Below, piece after piece: positions 1-8,579 of a DNA stretch of 32,000 bases. Location: contig JAJRZD010000022.1 in assembly GCA_024275415.1 (NCBI GenBank), positions 8,375 through 40,374 on the forward strand. The letters run 5' to 3'. Within the stretch, counting starts at the first letter, position 1; every line of letters begins with the position of its first letter. This stretch comes from an archaeon. Lineage in GTDB: Archaea; Asgardarchaeota; Thorarchaeia; Thorarchaeales; Thorarchaeaceae. The notes under the pieces are model-generated. The model ran no database searches. It saw only the letters and a program-made list of their open reading frames with translations, and was not told where the DNA came from. The translations under genes and the position numbers were made by a program.

Positions 1-1
1 A

Positions 2-565
2 ATGTTCGTCGATGCTGTCATAGCACCTAGGTTTGAGGACAACGCCCTAAAGATACTCAAGAGAAAGAAAAAGGTCATTCTTTGTCAGTTAAGAGATTAC
101 AGGATTCCCCGACTCTCCGTGAAACTTGTCCCGAACGGTATCCTTGTACAACCTACAGATACACGCCGGCTGACAATAGATGATCTGACTGTTGTCACAC
201 AACGGCAACCGACTGAACAAGAGTTGAATGACATGCTCTTTGCGTGGATGGTCGTGAAGTACACCAAGTCAAATGCAGCTGTTATCAGTACTGAAACAAG
301 AACATTAGGTGTGGGCATGGGACAGTCCTCAAGGATTGCTGCGGTCCAGCTTGCCCTGCAAAGGGCTGGCGAAAGGGCAGAGGGATCTGTCATGGCGTCC
401 GATGCCTTCTTCCCCTATCGTGATTCAATCGATGCGGCCACCTCAAAAGGAGTGAAAGCGATCATCGCTCCTGGAGGTTCTGTCCGCGATGCAGAGTCCA
501 TTGAGGCTGCAGATGAGGCATGCATCACTATGGTCTGGTCAGGAGTTCGCTCTTTCCTGCACTGA
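2..565 (+). CDS. purH: Bifunctional AICAR transformylase/IMP cyclohydrolase, C-terminal part (5' truncated by window edge)
   Basis: Motifs VKYTKSNA, GVGMGQSSR, ASDAFFPYRD, PGGSVRD and the terminal GVRSFLH match the PurH AICARFT domain. Confidence 0.97.
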   Translation: MFVDAVIAPRFEDNALKILKRKKKVILCQLRDYRIPRLSVKLVPNGILVQPTDTRRLTIDDLTVVTQRQPTEQELNDMLFAWMVVKYTKSNAAVISTETRTLGVGMGQSSRIAAVQLALQRAGERAEGSVMASDAFFPYRDSIDAATSKGVKAIIAPGGSVRDAESIEAADEACITMVWSGVRSFLH

Positions 566-714
566 GCGATATCATTTGCTCGCATCATACACACTATCGC
601 TATAGACAGAACTTCGACAACGTTCTCGATCATATTTGACAAGCAAATAGAATTGGAGTCCAGAATCATCAACGTATCCTTAGAATTGTCAGTGATAAGA
701 AGAAAAGGAGTGGT

Positions 715-758
715 GGTCCTTGATCAGATTGTTCCCCCAAAGCAGTTGATCAAGGACC
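715..758. other. Hairpin with perfect 12-bp stem in the purH 3' intergenic region
   Basis: GGTCCTTGATCA (715-726) is the exact reverse complement of TGATCAAGGACC (747-758). On the + strand the stem extends 6 bp more with two G-U pairs (728-733/741-746). Confidence 0.7.
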
Positions 759-1056
759 TATGAAGAGAATCGCAATCGGCTTGTTGGAGAGGACACAATC
801 GGTCCCCCCCGACCACTGCTTTCGTCGTGGGGCGCTAACATGTGGTGGTTCCTGGTTAGTGGAACTCTCTGGCGTATGTTATCTATACTATTTGTGATAT
901 ATAAGGCGATGCTTCGAAAAATCATTGTCTGGAACCTTCAGAGAATACGCCAAAACGCCAATTTCAGAGTGGTTTTTGCATCACGGTCAGTATACGTAAA
1001 TTAGTGGAAACATTTGTGGATTTTTACACTTGTTCCACTGCAATTCTGTTTCCGAG

Positions 1057-2706
1057 TTATGGGAGAGCGCTGAGCCATTCATTTACTTCATCCTCGGAGT
1101 TATGCCATATCTGCGACTCCTCATCCCACAGGGTTATGACTTTCTCAGTCCACGCATCTTCAGAAACGTACCACGGCCCGATGATAGAGTGCGAATCCAA
1201 CAACATAGGCTTCATGTTGGGAAACAATGATTGCAATACAAGTGCCATCCCTTGCAGTCCGCCATCTGGCAATCTCAGAAAAAGCATCCCATCATTATCA
1301 CCTCCAATAAGAGATTGTGTGTAAGGGAGTCTCTGCCCCCACGAAATAACCGCATCAGCATAGGATGGCTCAGGGATATGGACAAAGAGGGATTCGTTCA
1401 ACCCACAATGATGAAGGTCATACGAATCTCGAAGGAGACCATGACTCTTCAGTTCGGTCAGCCGTGTCACCAAGCGTTTATACTTGACTCCTAAATGACA
1501 TCTGATCTCGCGGAGAGGGATGCCCGTTGCATATTCTCCTATGAGACGAAAATCAGAATGTCTCAATGTCATGGGGAGTGCATCACATTTTTGCATATTT
1601 GGTGTCATCAAGACACTGAGGTTCTCATTGTATATTCTTCGAAGATGCGGACCGAACAGCTCCCATGGCAATTCCCATGTGTTGCTTTCGGCACTATAAT
1701 GGTCAAAACAACGGTTCAGACATTTCAAGTTGACAGGGATGAACCTGGTTTCGATGTCGTAGTCTGAGAGGATTCGAAGATAGAGATTGATGATATGAAA
1801 ATTACGAGGGTTCTGAGGTACAAGGAGGTGAGCGACAATATCATGTTCGCCTGCAATGATGCGATTTGCAGAGTACAGGAAAGGGAAATCGATGATGTAG
1901 TCTGCGATCGATGACTCGTCGTAGCTGTTCATAAGCAATATGAACTCCTTCATACCCAATCCAGGATGAAATACCTCGACAGTTCGCCGAAGGACACCAT
2001 GTTCTTGAAGCGTCGCCAGCCTACGCGAAACCCACGAAACTGTTTTCCCTGTTTCAGCAGCTAGTTCGATACGTTTTGTTTCAGGTGCTAATAACAGGCG
2101 ACGGATGAGGCTGAAATCGGTTCGGGTGAGCTGGACTGAGAAGCGGCGCACACGTTCAAGCATATGTAAGACATAATCGGTTTCATCAAGTTTGAGACCA
2201 CTTCTTTTCATCATTATGTACTCGTTGAGAAGTTTGTTGAAGTACTGCGCACCCGAGAAGCTCTGAAACAGATGGAACGCTGCAGAAGGATCATAGAATC
2301 CAGTAGATTCGTCCCCCTTTGTACCAGCGTAATACTTCCATCGTGAGTACCAGTATTTCAGGCTCTTTGACGGTAGCCACAGTGCACCAAAACCATATGC
2401 AAAATCCTCGAGGGCGGTTTCCTCGAACCTTTCCTTCTCCAATGCCTTTCGCATGTACCCTCGCGCAAGCACACCAATATGGGGGATTTTCCCTCGAAGG
2501 CATTCATTGGACAAGACGAGTCTGTTCCCTTCGATCCACCCTCCAAAGTCGCGCTGACGAGACTCGTATGATGGGCGGATATCTTCTGGGGGTGAAACAT
2601 AGTCAAGTCCAAAGTCCTTCTGGATACGTTTAGAGATGCGCTCCCATGTGATGGTGATAAGCCCAGCCCATGAATCTCGGAACATACTGCCCTTGGATGA
2701 GTTCAT
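1057..2706 (-). CDS. Large regulator-like protein with two Lrp/AsnC-type winged-helix units and an unrecognised N-terminal domain
   Basis: Two HTH segments: KRIELAAETGKTVSWVSRRLATLQEHGVL and LREIRCHLGVKYKRLVTRLTELKSHGLL. Each is followed by an LG(M/L)-hydrophobic ligand-binding-like segment and a Trp-containing motif. Confidence 0.7.
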   Translation of the reverse strand: MNSSKGSMFRDSWAGLITITWERISKRIQKDFGLDYVSPPEDIRPSYESRQRDFGGWIEGNRLVLSNECLRGKIPHIGVLARGYMRKALEKERFEETALEDFAYGFGALWLPSKSLKYWYSRWKYYAGTKGDESTGFYDPSAAFHLFQSFSGAQYFNKLLNEYIMMKRSGLKLDETDYVLHMLERVRRFSVQLTRTDFSLIRRLLLAPETKRIELAAETGKTVSWVSRRLATLQEHGVLRRTVEVFHPGLGMKEFILLMNSYDESSIADYIIDFPFLYSANRIIAGEHDIVAHLLVPQNPRNFHIINLYLRILSDYDIETRFIPVNLKCLNRCFDHYSAESNTWELPWELFGPHLRRIYNENLSVLMTPNMQKCDALPMTLRHSDFRLIGEYATGIPLREIRCHLGVKYKRLVTRLTELKSHGLLRDSYDLHHCGLNESLFVHIPEPSYADAVISWGQRLPYTQSLIGGDNDGMLFLRLPDGGLQGMALVLQSLFPNMKPMLLDSHSIIGPWYVSEDAWTEKVITLWDEESQIWHNSEDEVNEWLSALP

Positions 2707-2872
2707 TTCGCATTTAAGTTTCTGGATAGTTAGATAACGTTTCGACAGAGTCCATCTGGTTCAGATGTGACACCGCATAAAGAATTGAAAGTGTTCATAA
2801 TCTTTTAAACTGGAAATAAAGGCATCATAGCACTCTCTCCGATTCTGAGAATTCTATCTCCTTTCAGAGTCA

Positions 2873-2879
2873 TTATATA
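2873..2879 (+). promoter_or_regulatory. TATA box of the 2902 gene
   Basis: TTATATA lies about 23 nt upstream of ATG 2902, the spacing expected for a near-leaderless archaeal transcript. Confidence 0.55.
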
Positions 2880-2901
2880 CCAAATCAAGGGCATTTTCCT
2901 T

Positions 2902-4113
2902 ATGGTGAAAGACTTGAAATTCAAGAAACCATTGATAACAACTTTACTACTTGCGGTCTTTGTTGTTGGACTTGTGGCACTTCCTGTTAGTGCTCATGGA
3001 TCTGACGATGAAGGCATGCCTGGAATGCCCGATGATATGGGACACATGCCAGGTCATGGGATGCAGGATGATTCCGTCGAGATAACAACGGATGACATCC
3101 GAATAAACGCCATGCTGGACATGCCTGCATTCCTGTTCTGGTATAATGCACCAGTTACTGACTTCAACGCAACAGCATTCATGGCAGCATATACAACCAT
3201 TGCCGAGTTCGAAGACACGAATGGTGACGGTGCATATCAGCTGAATGAAACACTGTATTCTGCACCTCTAGGTGCATATGAGTGGTCGATTCAGACCGGA
3301 TCCGTCTTGGACGATAAAGGCGACACGATCGAAGTGTGGTTGAAATACACAAAGAGTGGAGCACACACTGGCGGTGTGGACGACGACCATGAGATGCCCG
3401 GTATGTCATGGACTCCTCCAATGTACCATGATGATACAAGTGTTGATAGGTTCGAGGACACCACTATCCAATTCTGGGCGCATATATATCTAGAGAACTT
3501 CACTGGGACTATCACTGACTCTGAAGGAGTTCAGGCAACCTACACGGTAGCCGGTGGTACCGAGATGAAGATCGACATTGAGATTGGTAACTTTCCGTTC
3601 AGCACGAACACATCAAAAGTCGCGATCCAGACTGTGCTCAGGGAGCATCAGGACCTCTCCGACATGATGGACGGAGACCACATGTTCATGACACGAGAAG
3701 AATCTCGAAATAGCATTGGGAACTCGATGATGAACTGGACAACAGAGCATGGCAATGAAACGCGGTTCGAGAACATGATGGGCACACATATTCAGGGCAT
3801 CGATTTCATCGACAACAGTACTGGTCTTACTCAGGGATTCTATAGATGGGTCGACAAGGCAGTAATCACTACACCAGATAGCGAATCGGTGGCAGTGAAC
3901 GTGACGGCTTCCTATGTCGCAACGGGAATGGGATTTTCCCTGTTCTTTGCATATCCCAATTTCAGCAATGGGACTCTACTACATGACCCATCAATAGGCA
4001 TCATTGAGGATGCAAAACCAACATATGATATCCCATGGATCCCGGTGACAGCCATATCGATAGTAGGTGTGGCCCTGGTGGTCATCGTGGGTATCGCAAT
4101 TCGCAGGAGGTAG
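2902..4113 (+). CDS. Secreted, C-terminally anchored surface protein with His/Met-rich clusters
   Basis: Signal peptide ending VSA; HGSDDEGMPGMPDDMGHMPGHGMQDD, DDDHEMPGM and DMMDGDHMFM clusters; DTNGDG motif; C-terminal hydrophobic helix followed by RRR. Confidence 0.9.
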   Translation: MVKDLKFKKPLITTLLLAVFVVGLVALPVSAHGSDDEGMPGMPDDMGHMPGHGMQDDSVEITTDDIRINAMLDMPAFLFWYNAPVTDFNATAFMAAYTTIAEFEDTNGDGAYQLNETLYSAPLGAYEWSIQTGSVLDDKGDTIEVWLKYTKSGAHTGGVDDDHEMPGMSWTPPMYHDDTSVDRFEDTTIQFWAHIYLENFTGTITDSEGVQATYTVAGGTEMKIDIEIGNFPFSTNTSKVAIQTVLREHQDLSDMMDGDHMFMTREESRNSIGNSMMNWTTEHGNETRFENMMGTHIQGIDFIDNSTGLTQGFYRWVDKAVITTPDSESVAVNVTASYVATGMGFSLFFAYPNFSNGTLLHDPSIGIIEDAKPTYDIPWIPVTAISIVGVALVVIVGIAIRRR

Positions 4114-4121
4114 AAACATAG

Positions 4122-4565
4122 ATGACATACTCTTCTTCATACAAACCTACAGAAGCATACATACTATCCCTATTCGCAGGATTAGCGATAAGCCTTGCCG
4201 GGCTTTTCTGGCTCGCAATGATGTTCATTGGCCCAGCCCTAAACTGGGGCTTTTTCATGATGCATGGGGATGAAGCTGGCTACTACATGTGGGATTTCGG
4301 AATCTTTGGACTCAGCATGGGAGTGATCGGGCTAATCGTCGGTGTTGCCATCATCGGCTCAGCAATCATGCTCCAATCGAAGCCCAAGGAGCATTCAACA
4401 TGGGGCACAGTCATCATCATTCTCTCAGCCTTTAGCATCTTTGGCGGAATGGGTGGGATGGGCATCGGACTGATACTGGGCATCATCGGAGGCATTCTTG
4501 CGATAACATGGACGCCAGCTGAGAAAGAACAAGTCCAGCATATTCCGGTCAACAATCCACTATAG
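4122..4565 (+). CDS. Small membrane protein (about 4 TM), probably co-transcribed with 2902-4113
   Basis: Hydrophobic Gly-rich helices, loop FFMMHGDEAGYYMW, 8-bp gap to the upstream gene. Confidence 0.85.
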   Translation: MTYSSSYKPTEAYILSLFAGLAISLAGLFWLAMMFIGPALNWGFFMMHGDEAGYYMWDFGIFGLSMGVIGLIVGVAIIGSAIMLQSKPKEHSTWGTVIIILSAFSIFGGMGGMGIGLILGIIGGILAITWTPAEKEQVQHIPVNNPL

Positions 4566-4579
4566 AATCTATACAATCG

Positions 4580-4634
4580 GGGGTATCACGACGGGCGGCT
4601 TGCCTTGGGCGTGTACCCCTAGTTCTTTATTTTT
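4580..4634 (+). terminator. Probable terminator hairpin plus T-tract
   Basis: GGGGTA(T)CACG (4580-4590) pairs with CGTGTACCCC (4610-4619), followed by TTTATTTTT, just after the 4565 stop. Confidence 0.5.
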
Positions 4635-4705
4635 GTCACCGAGTGCCAGGTCTTCAAATTGCTCAACCACTATCAAGTCAATGTGCTTGTGTATCGCGAT
4701 GAAAT

Positions 4706-5716
4706 CTATTTCTCGATGATGTGAACAACATTCTGTCTCCCTTCACGGAAGCGCTTCACCAATCCTCTTTCCTCCATTCCTGCAAGCACCAGACTCAACT
4801 TGGATTCGCTCATGTCCAGCTGATGATACAATTCTTTCTGAGGGCAGAATCCACCCTTTGTCTTGAGGGCATCCACAATCTTTTCCTCCTCACTGGTAAG
4901 ACCTTGATATTGCACGACCCTGATTCGTCGCAGTCGCGACACCATCCTTGGTCCAACTTTCGAAACCATTAACCCCGCAATGAAACTAGCAGTGCTGAGG
5001 AGGACTGAAGAGAGAAGGGGATCCTGTGCCTCCACAACTGGATCGGTATATTCCTGAAATTGCACGATGAACACGCTCTCTTGACCAGGCTGAAGAGAAG
5101 ACACATGCCAGACAAATGCAAGCGACTCGCCATCAGTGAAGTTTGCGTCTGCCTTGGGAAACAAGGGCACCGATGAGGTGTGCGCGAGGAATGCGTGATT
5201 AGGAAGGAATGCTATGAATGTGACATTGGCTATGGCGATGTGAGGGCGCATGTAGTATACAAAGTTACCTTCGCGGATGCTGTCGATCGTAATGCCCATG
5301 CTTGACTGCAAATCGCCGCTCAGTATCTGTAGTTGGATCCTCTTGGTTTCTCCTGCACTGATGCCATTTTGAAGATCCACAGTGATCATTGAGTGGCGAT
5401 CCATCTGTTCCACTGTTGCGCTTGTTGCCTCATCATCGCTCGATGCAGAAACGATAGTAATATCCAACGAATCGACCCTGACCTCAACCTCTGTTAATGT
5501 GTCTAATCCAAAATAGTGCACCTGCGCTTCAAATATGATTGTCGTGGTACCGTTCGAGTGAATCATCGCCTTGATATCAACTGGGTCAAAGAGTATCTCG
5601 CCAGCATCATCACTTTGTGCCGCGACCCCCTTGAGGCTCATTGACGTGACCACAAGCAGAATCATGAGAGCAAGAAAGAAACGGGTATCTGAAAGTCTGT
5701 GATCGTTCATATTCAT
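4706..5716 (-). CDS. Membrane-anchored winged-helix transcriptional regulator (COG2512-like)
   Basis: Signal peptide, beta-rich ectodomain of about 190 aa, one TM helix, then C-terminal wHTH (LTSEEEKIVDAL...PQKELYHQLDMSESKLSLVLAGMEERGLVKRFREGRQNVV). GAGGTGA RBS upstream. Confidence 0.85.
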   Translation of the reverse strand: MNMNDHRLSDTRFFLALMILLVVTSMSLKGVAAQSDDAGEILFDPVDIKAMIHSNGTTTIIFEAQVHYFGLDTLTEVEVRVDSLDITIVSASSDDEATSATVEQMDRHSMITVDLQNGISAGETKRIQLQILSGDLQSSMGITIDSIREGNFVYYMRPHIAIANVTFIAFLPNHAFLAHTSSVPLFPKADANFTDGESLAFVWHVSSLQPGQESVFIVQFQEYTDPVVEAQDPLLSSVLLSTASFIAGLMVSKVGPRMVSRLRRIRVVQYQGLTSEEEKIVDALKTKGGFCPQKELYHQLDMSESKLSLVLAGMEERGLVKRFREGRQNVVHIIEK

Positions 5717-6036
5717 GTCACCTCAGTGATTTAGGACGAGTGAGAAGTGGAATCATTGATTCCAGTCTGTACAAGGTCAATCCTGATTTTGGTAATATGC
5801 GTTGGTATAGCTGCCTTTCGAGGTCTTACTCATGCCGTTACTCGCTGATATAAACAGAAACACTTCAGTTGTGATGCACATGACATCATACAGGTCTCAG
5901 GCAACAACCAGTATATCCTGCATGATGTATCCATCCCGATATATTTATGTGTGGTGGTTGTGCTATATATCATAGCCGATACATCGATTCCGATGTAGGT
6001 TCGCGTATAAAACATCAAAGGAAGCCAAATAGAAAA

Positions 6037-6597
6037 ATGATAGAAATCATATTCTGGATAGTACTGGTGTCAGTTATGATACTGTTCTTGGGACTTGGAA
6101 TAAGTATTGGCTTTCCCAAGCATCGTATCTGGCCACCGCCAGGATCGTTACAATACCGAACCGCATGGATGCTCATCGTCATCGCGTCAGTTGGAGTCCC
6201 AGTAGTGGGAATCCTTGACTGGGACAGTCTGGGTCAGCTACACTGGATACGGTTCCTGATAGGAGGAGGGCTTATTATTGCCTCTTCGGCACTGATGGTA
6301 TGGGGATTAAGAACACTGAGCATGCATCAGAGCCTAGGACTGGAAGGGACTCTTGTGACCTCTGGGCCCTACAAGTACACCCGAAATCCTCAGTACCTTG
6401 CATTGCTAGTGTTCTATAGTGCATTCATACTCGTTTCAAGCTCATTTCTCGCGCTGATTACGGGAATCCTTCTCATACTCATGTATGCACTGACGCCGCT
6501 TAGCGAGGAACCTTGGCTAGAGGAACAGTTTGGAGATGCTTACCTAGAATACAAGAAACAAGTCCCGAGGTTCATTGGATTCAAGAAGAAACAGTAA
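6037..6597 (+). CDS. Isoprenylcysteine carboxyl-methyltransferase / phospholipid methyltransferase (Ste14/PEMT) family membrane protein
   Basis: LVTSGPYKYTRNPQY and EEPWLEEQFGDAYLEYKKQVPRF motifs. Start moved to ATG 6037 (TATAAAA at about 6006-6012); the track starts it at 5947. Confidence 0.9.
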   Translation: MIEIIFWIVLVSVMILFLGLGISIGFPKHRIWPPPGSLQYRTAWMLIVIASVGVPVVGILDWDSLGQLHWIRFLIGGGLIIASSALMVWGLRTLSMHQSLGLEGTLVTSGPYKYTRNPQYLALLVFYSAFILVSSSFLALITGILLILMYALTPLSEEPWLEEQFGDAYLEYKKQVPRFIGFKKKQ

Positions 6598-6713
6598 ATT
6601 CTCTCATATTTAAAGAGAAAAGAACCAGTGGTGGGATAGATTGAATCTCAGACACAAAGAGGGCAGGAAAAAAATATTAGCAGCCAGGGAAAAGCCACTA
6701 TAGGGATTGAGAG

Positions 6714-7199
6714 ATGTCTAACCACTCCATAGATTCAAAAGAAAGGAGTTTCAGCGTGTATGCGATTATATGCGCAAGTGGGTGGATAGGAACCTCCCTC
6801 TTTATATTCTTCAAATCGCTCGAATCCCCATCGGATTGGCCAGCAGACTTCCCGGGGCCAAGCCCTAGTATCATGCCATGGGTTGCACTGGGGTTCGTGC
6901 TTATTGGAATTATAATAATGTTTTATTTCGTGAATCAGATAAAAAACTGGCCCGCACAGATGGAACCAACGAAATATTACGACCAGCCATCAGGTCTAAC
7001 AGGAGTGACCGGTCTTGGAGGTTCGCGTCCGATCGAATCGGGGTATAGCGACAGATCCACTTTGAGGATACCAGAGATTTGTAGTAAGTGCAAGTATGTG
7101 TTGCCTACAGAGGGACTTGATTGGATGGGCCCACTTGAGTTTAGATGTCCACGTTGTGGTGCGGTTCAGCATGCAAAAAAAGAAGAATGGTACTCATAG
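6714..7199 (+). CDS. 2-TM membrane protein with C-terminal zinc ribbon
   Basis: Two hydrophobic helices, then CSKC...CPRC. Confidence 0.8.
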   Translation: MSNHSIDSKERSFSVYAIICASGWIGTSLFIFFKSLESPSDWPADFPGPSPSIMPWVALGFVLIGIIIMFYFVNQIKNWPAQMEPTKYYDQPSGLTGVTGLGGSRPIESGYSDRSTLRIPEICSKCKYVLPTEGLDWMGPLEFRCPRCGAVQHAKKEEWYS

Positions 7200-7562
7200 T
7201 GGAACAACTTTTTCCTGCGATAGTGTGATGAGAAGGATCAAATTTGTCCGTTTGCTATTTGCATTGTGCCGAGTCACTAGTTGAAAGAGAACCGTCAGGG
7301 GTAGCTGGCAGCTATGGAAAACCTGTACCTCTCTCAGATTGTCTTTCAAGAAATCCTGTAGGTGCTTGAATAGCATAGGGATTGGCATCTTTCATATTTG
7401 GCGCGCCTACAAACGACCATCGCGTGTTGAACAGGTAGCATATGGTTCAGTCGACACTTCGGGAATGGACATCCCCGATGTTTGTAGCAAGTGCAAGTAT
7501 GTGTTGCCTACAGAGGGGCTTGATTGGATGGATCCGCTTGAGTTCAAGTGCCCACATTGTGG
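7078..7562 (+). repeat. Direct repeat pair of 82 nt (7078-7159 and 7481-7562) encoding the zinc ribbon
   Basis: By manual alignment 72/82 nt identical, including a 29-nt identical run AAGTGCAAGTATGTGTTGCCTACAGAGGG. Confidence 0.9.
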
Positions 7563-7590
7563 CGATATCCAACATCCGAGAAACAGATGA
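7339..7590 (+). pseudogene. Probable 5'-degraded paralog of 6714-7199 (zinc ribbon intact)
   Basis: CSKCKYVLPTEGLDWMDPLEFKCPHC nearly identical to the upstream gene. Only the end of one TM-like segment remains and all frames upstream carry stops. Confidence 0.55.
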
Positions 7591-7647
7591 CCGAGTATTT
7601 TTGGCGAAGGATTATCTTCTTTCAATTCTTAATTGAGTCGAGAAAAA

Positions 7648-7974
7648 ATGCGCACTACAGGGATATGACCAAAATGTGGAGATAGACGGATTGCAGGACC
7701 CCATCGTGTACATGGTGGCGATGGGTGGGTGAAAATTGACCTGCCGGGAATAACTACAGCTACGCTTGACTCATACACCTGCGCGAATTGTGGATATACG
7801 GAGATGTATGCGGACAGGAGAGGACTGGATAACCTGCGTCGCTCAGGCAGGTTCTTACAGAAACAACCGCAACAAGGCCGGCTTCAGCCGCAGACAACAA
7901 AATGCCCAGTCTGCATGACTCCAGTCAGGCCTGGCACAGCGAGATGTCCTGAGTGTGGCTATGACCTGACCTAG
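7648..7974 (+). CDS. Double zinc-ribbon protein (DUF2082-like N-terminal ribbon) with in-frame TGA at codon 7
   Basis: ATG 7648 reads MRTTGI-TGA-PKCGDRRIAGPHR... in frame with track ORF 7729-7974 (CANCGYTEMY; CPVC...CPEC). The TGA (7666-7668) sits at the first Cys of a CPKC knuckle. Confidence 0.75.
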
Positions 7975-8480
7975 TATACCTGAGCAGTCCAAGGGCCTTT
8001 GTATTCAATGGCAAAGACGATTCCCGCAACGATCGAGAGAACTCCAGCAAGCAAACCGGGAATAATAGCGGGAAAAATATCCTCGAGGAGGTCACCTGCG
8101 AACAGTAAGACGAGGATGATAATGCCAACCCCTGTACAGATACCACAACAAGGAGTAGATTGGATACGTTGTCCAGTGTCGTAGGTCGTGGTGGTTCTCA
8201 CTGTTGCGGCAGTGGTATAGTCTTTAGTGTACGTCACAGTCTGGTCACCAATGAAGGACAGTTGTCCGGTGTACGCCATATGAGCAATAATCAGTATGAC
8301 GACTCCAGAGGTTCCAGCGACGAAAGCCCCAAGGTCGCTATCGAAGGCGACTGCACTGATTGCTGCTTGGGTGGAAAGCAAAATCGAACTGATGACAAAG
8401 AGAATGGTTACATTCTTTGAACCTTGCGCTGTGTTTCCTCCTAGTAAAAATCTAGAGGGAATCGGTGACAAATCATACAT
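7971..8480 (-). CDS. Hypothetical membrane protein (about 4 TM)
   Basis: Four hydrophobic stretches, a Thr-rich loop and a PCCGIC segment. Its stop shares the CTAG at 7971-7974 with the opposite gene. Confidence 0.75.
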   Translation of the reverse strand: MYDLSPIPSRFLLGGNTAQGSKNVTILFVISSILLSTQAAISAVAFDSDLGAFVAGTSGVVILIIAHMAYTGQLSFIGDQTVTYTKDYTTAATVRTTTTYDTGQRIQSTPCCGICTGVGIIILVLLFAGDLLEDIFPAIIPGLLAGVLSIVAGIVFAIEYKGPWTAQVY

Positions 8481-8579
8481 ATGTTAGCAAATCTTGGATT
8501 TGTCCACAAATGAATCATAGCCTGCTTAGCAACGGAAGATAGCCACCATTTGAAACACATCATGCATATGCTCGGTGTC

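Noticed and set aside
566-763. Reading frame stays open for 65 codons after the purH TGA (possible readthrough extension)
   Set aside because: RSFLH is the canonical PurH C-terminus, the TGA does not align to a Cys, and an open run of this length can occur by chance.
756-800. ATGA after the 715-758 hairpin as a eukaryote-like SECIS core
   Set aside because: No 11-12-bp helix with apical AA and matching 3' GA could be formed.
850-870. GAGAGTTCC / AACAAGCCG segments on the - strand resembling RNase P conserved regions, and AAGCAG resembling SRP helix 8
   Set aside because: The P4 pairing is not complementary and the SRP motif spacing does not fit.
6037-6597. Ste14/ICMT-like gene as a eukaryotic prenylation signature
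   Set aside because: The family is widespread in bacteria and archaea; nothing in the sequence points to prenyl-protein substrates.
7228-7590. TGA at 7282-7284 in frame with ORF 7339-7590 as a second readthrough site
   Set aside because: The joined N-terminus does not resemble the TM region of the paralog and the TGA is not at a conserved Cys; decay is simpler.
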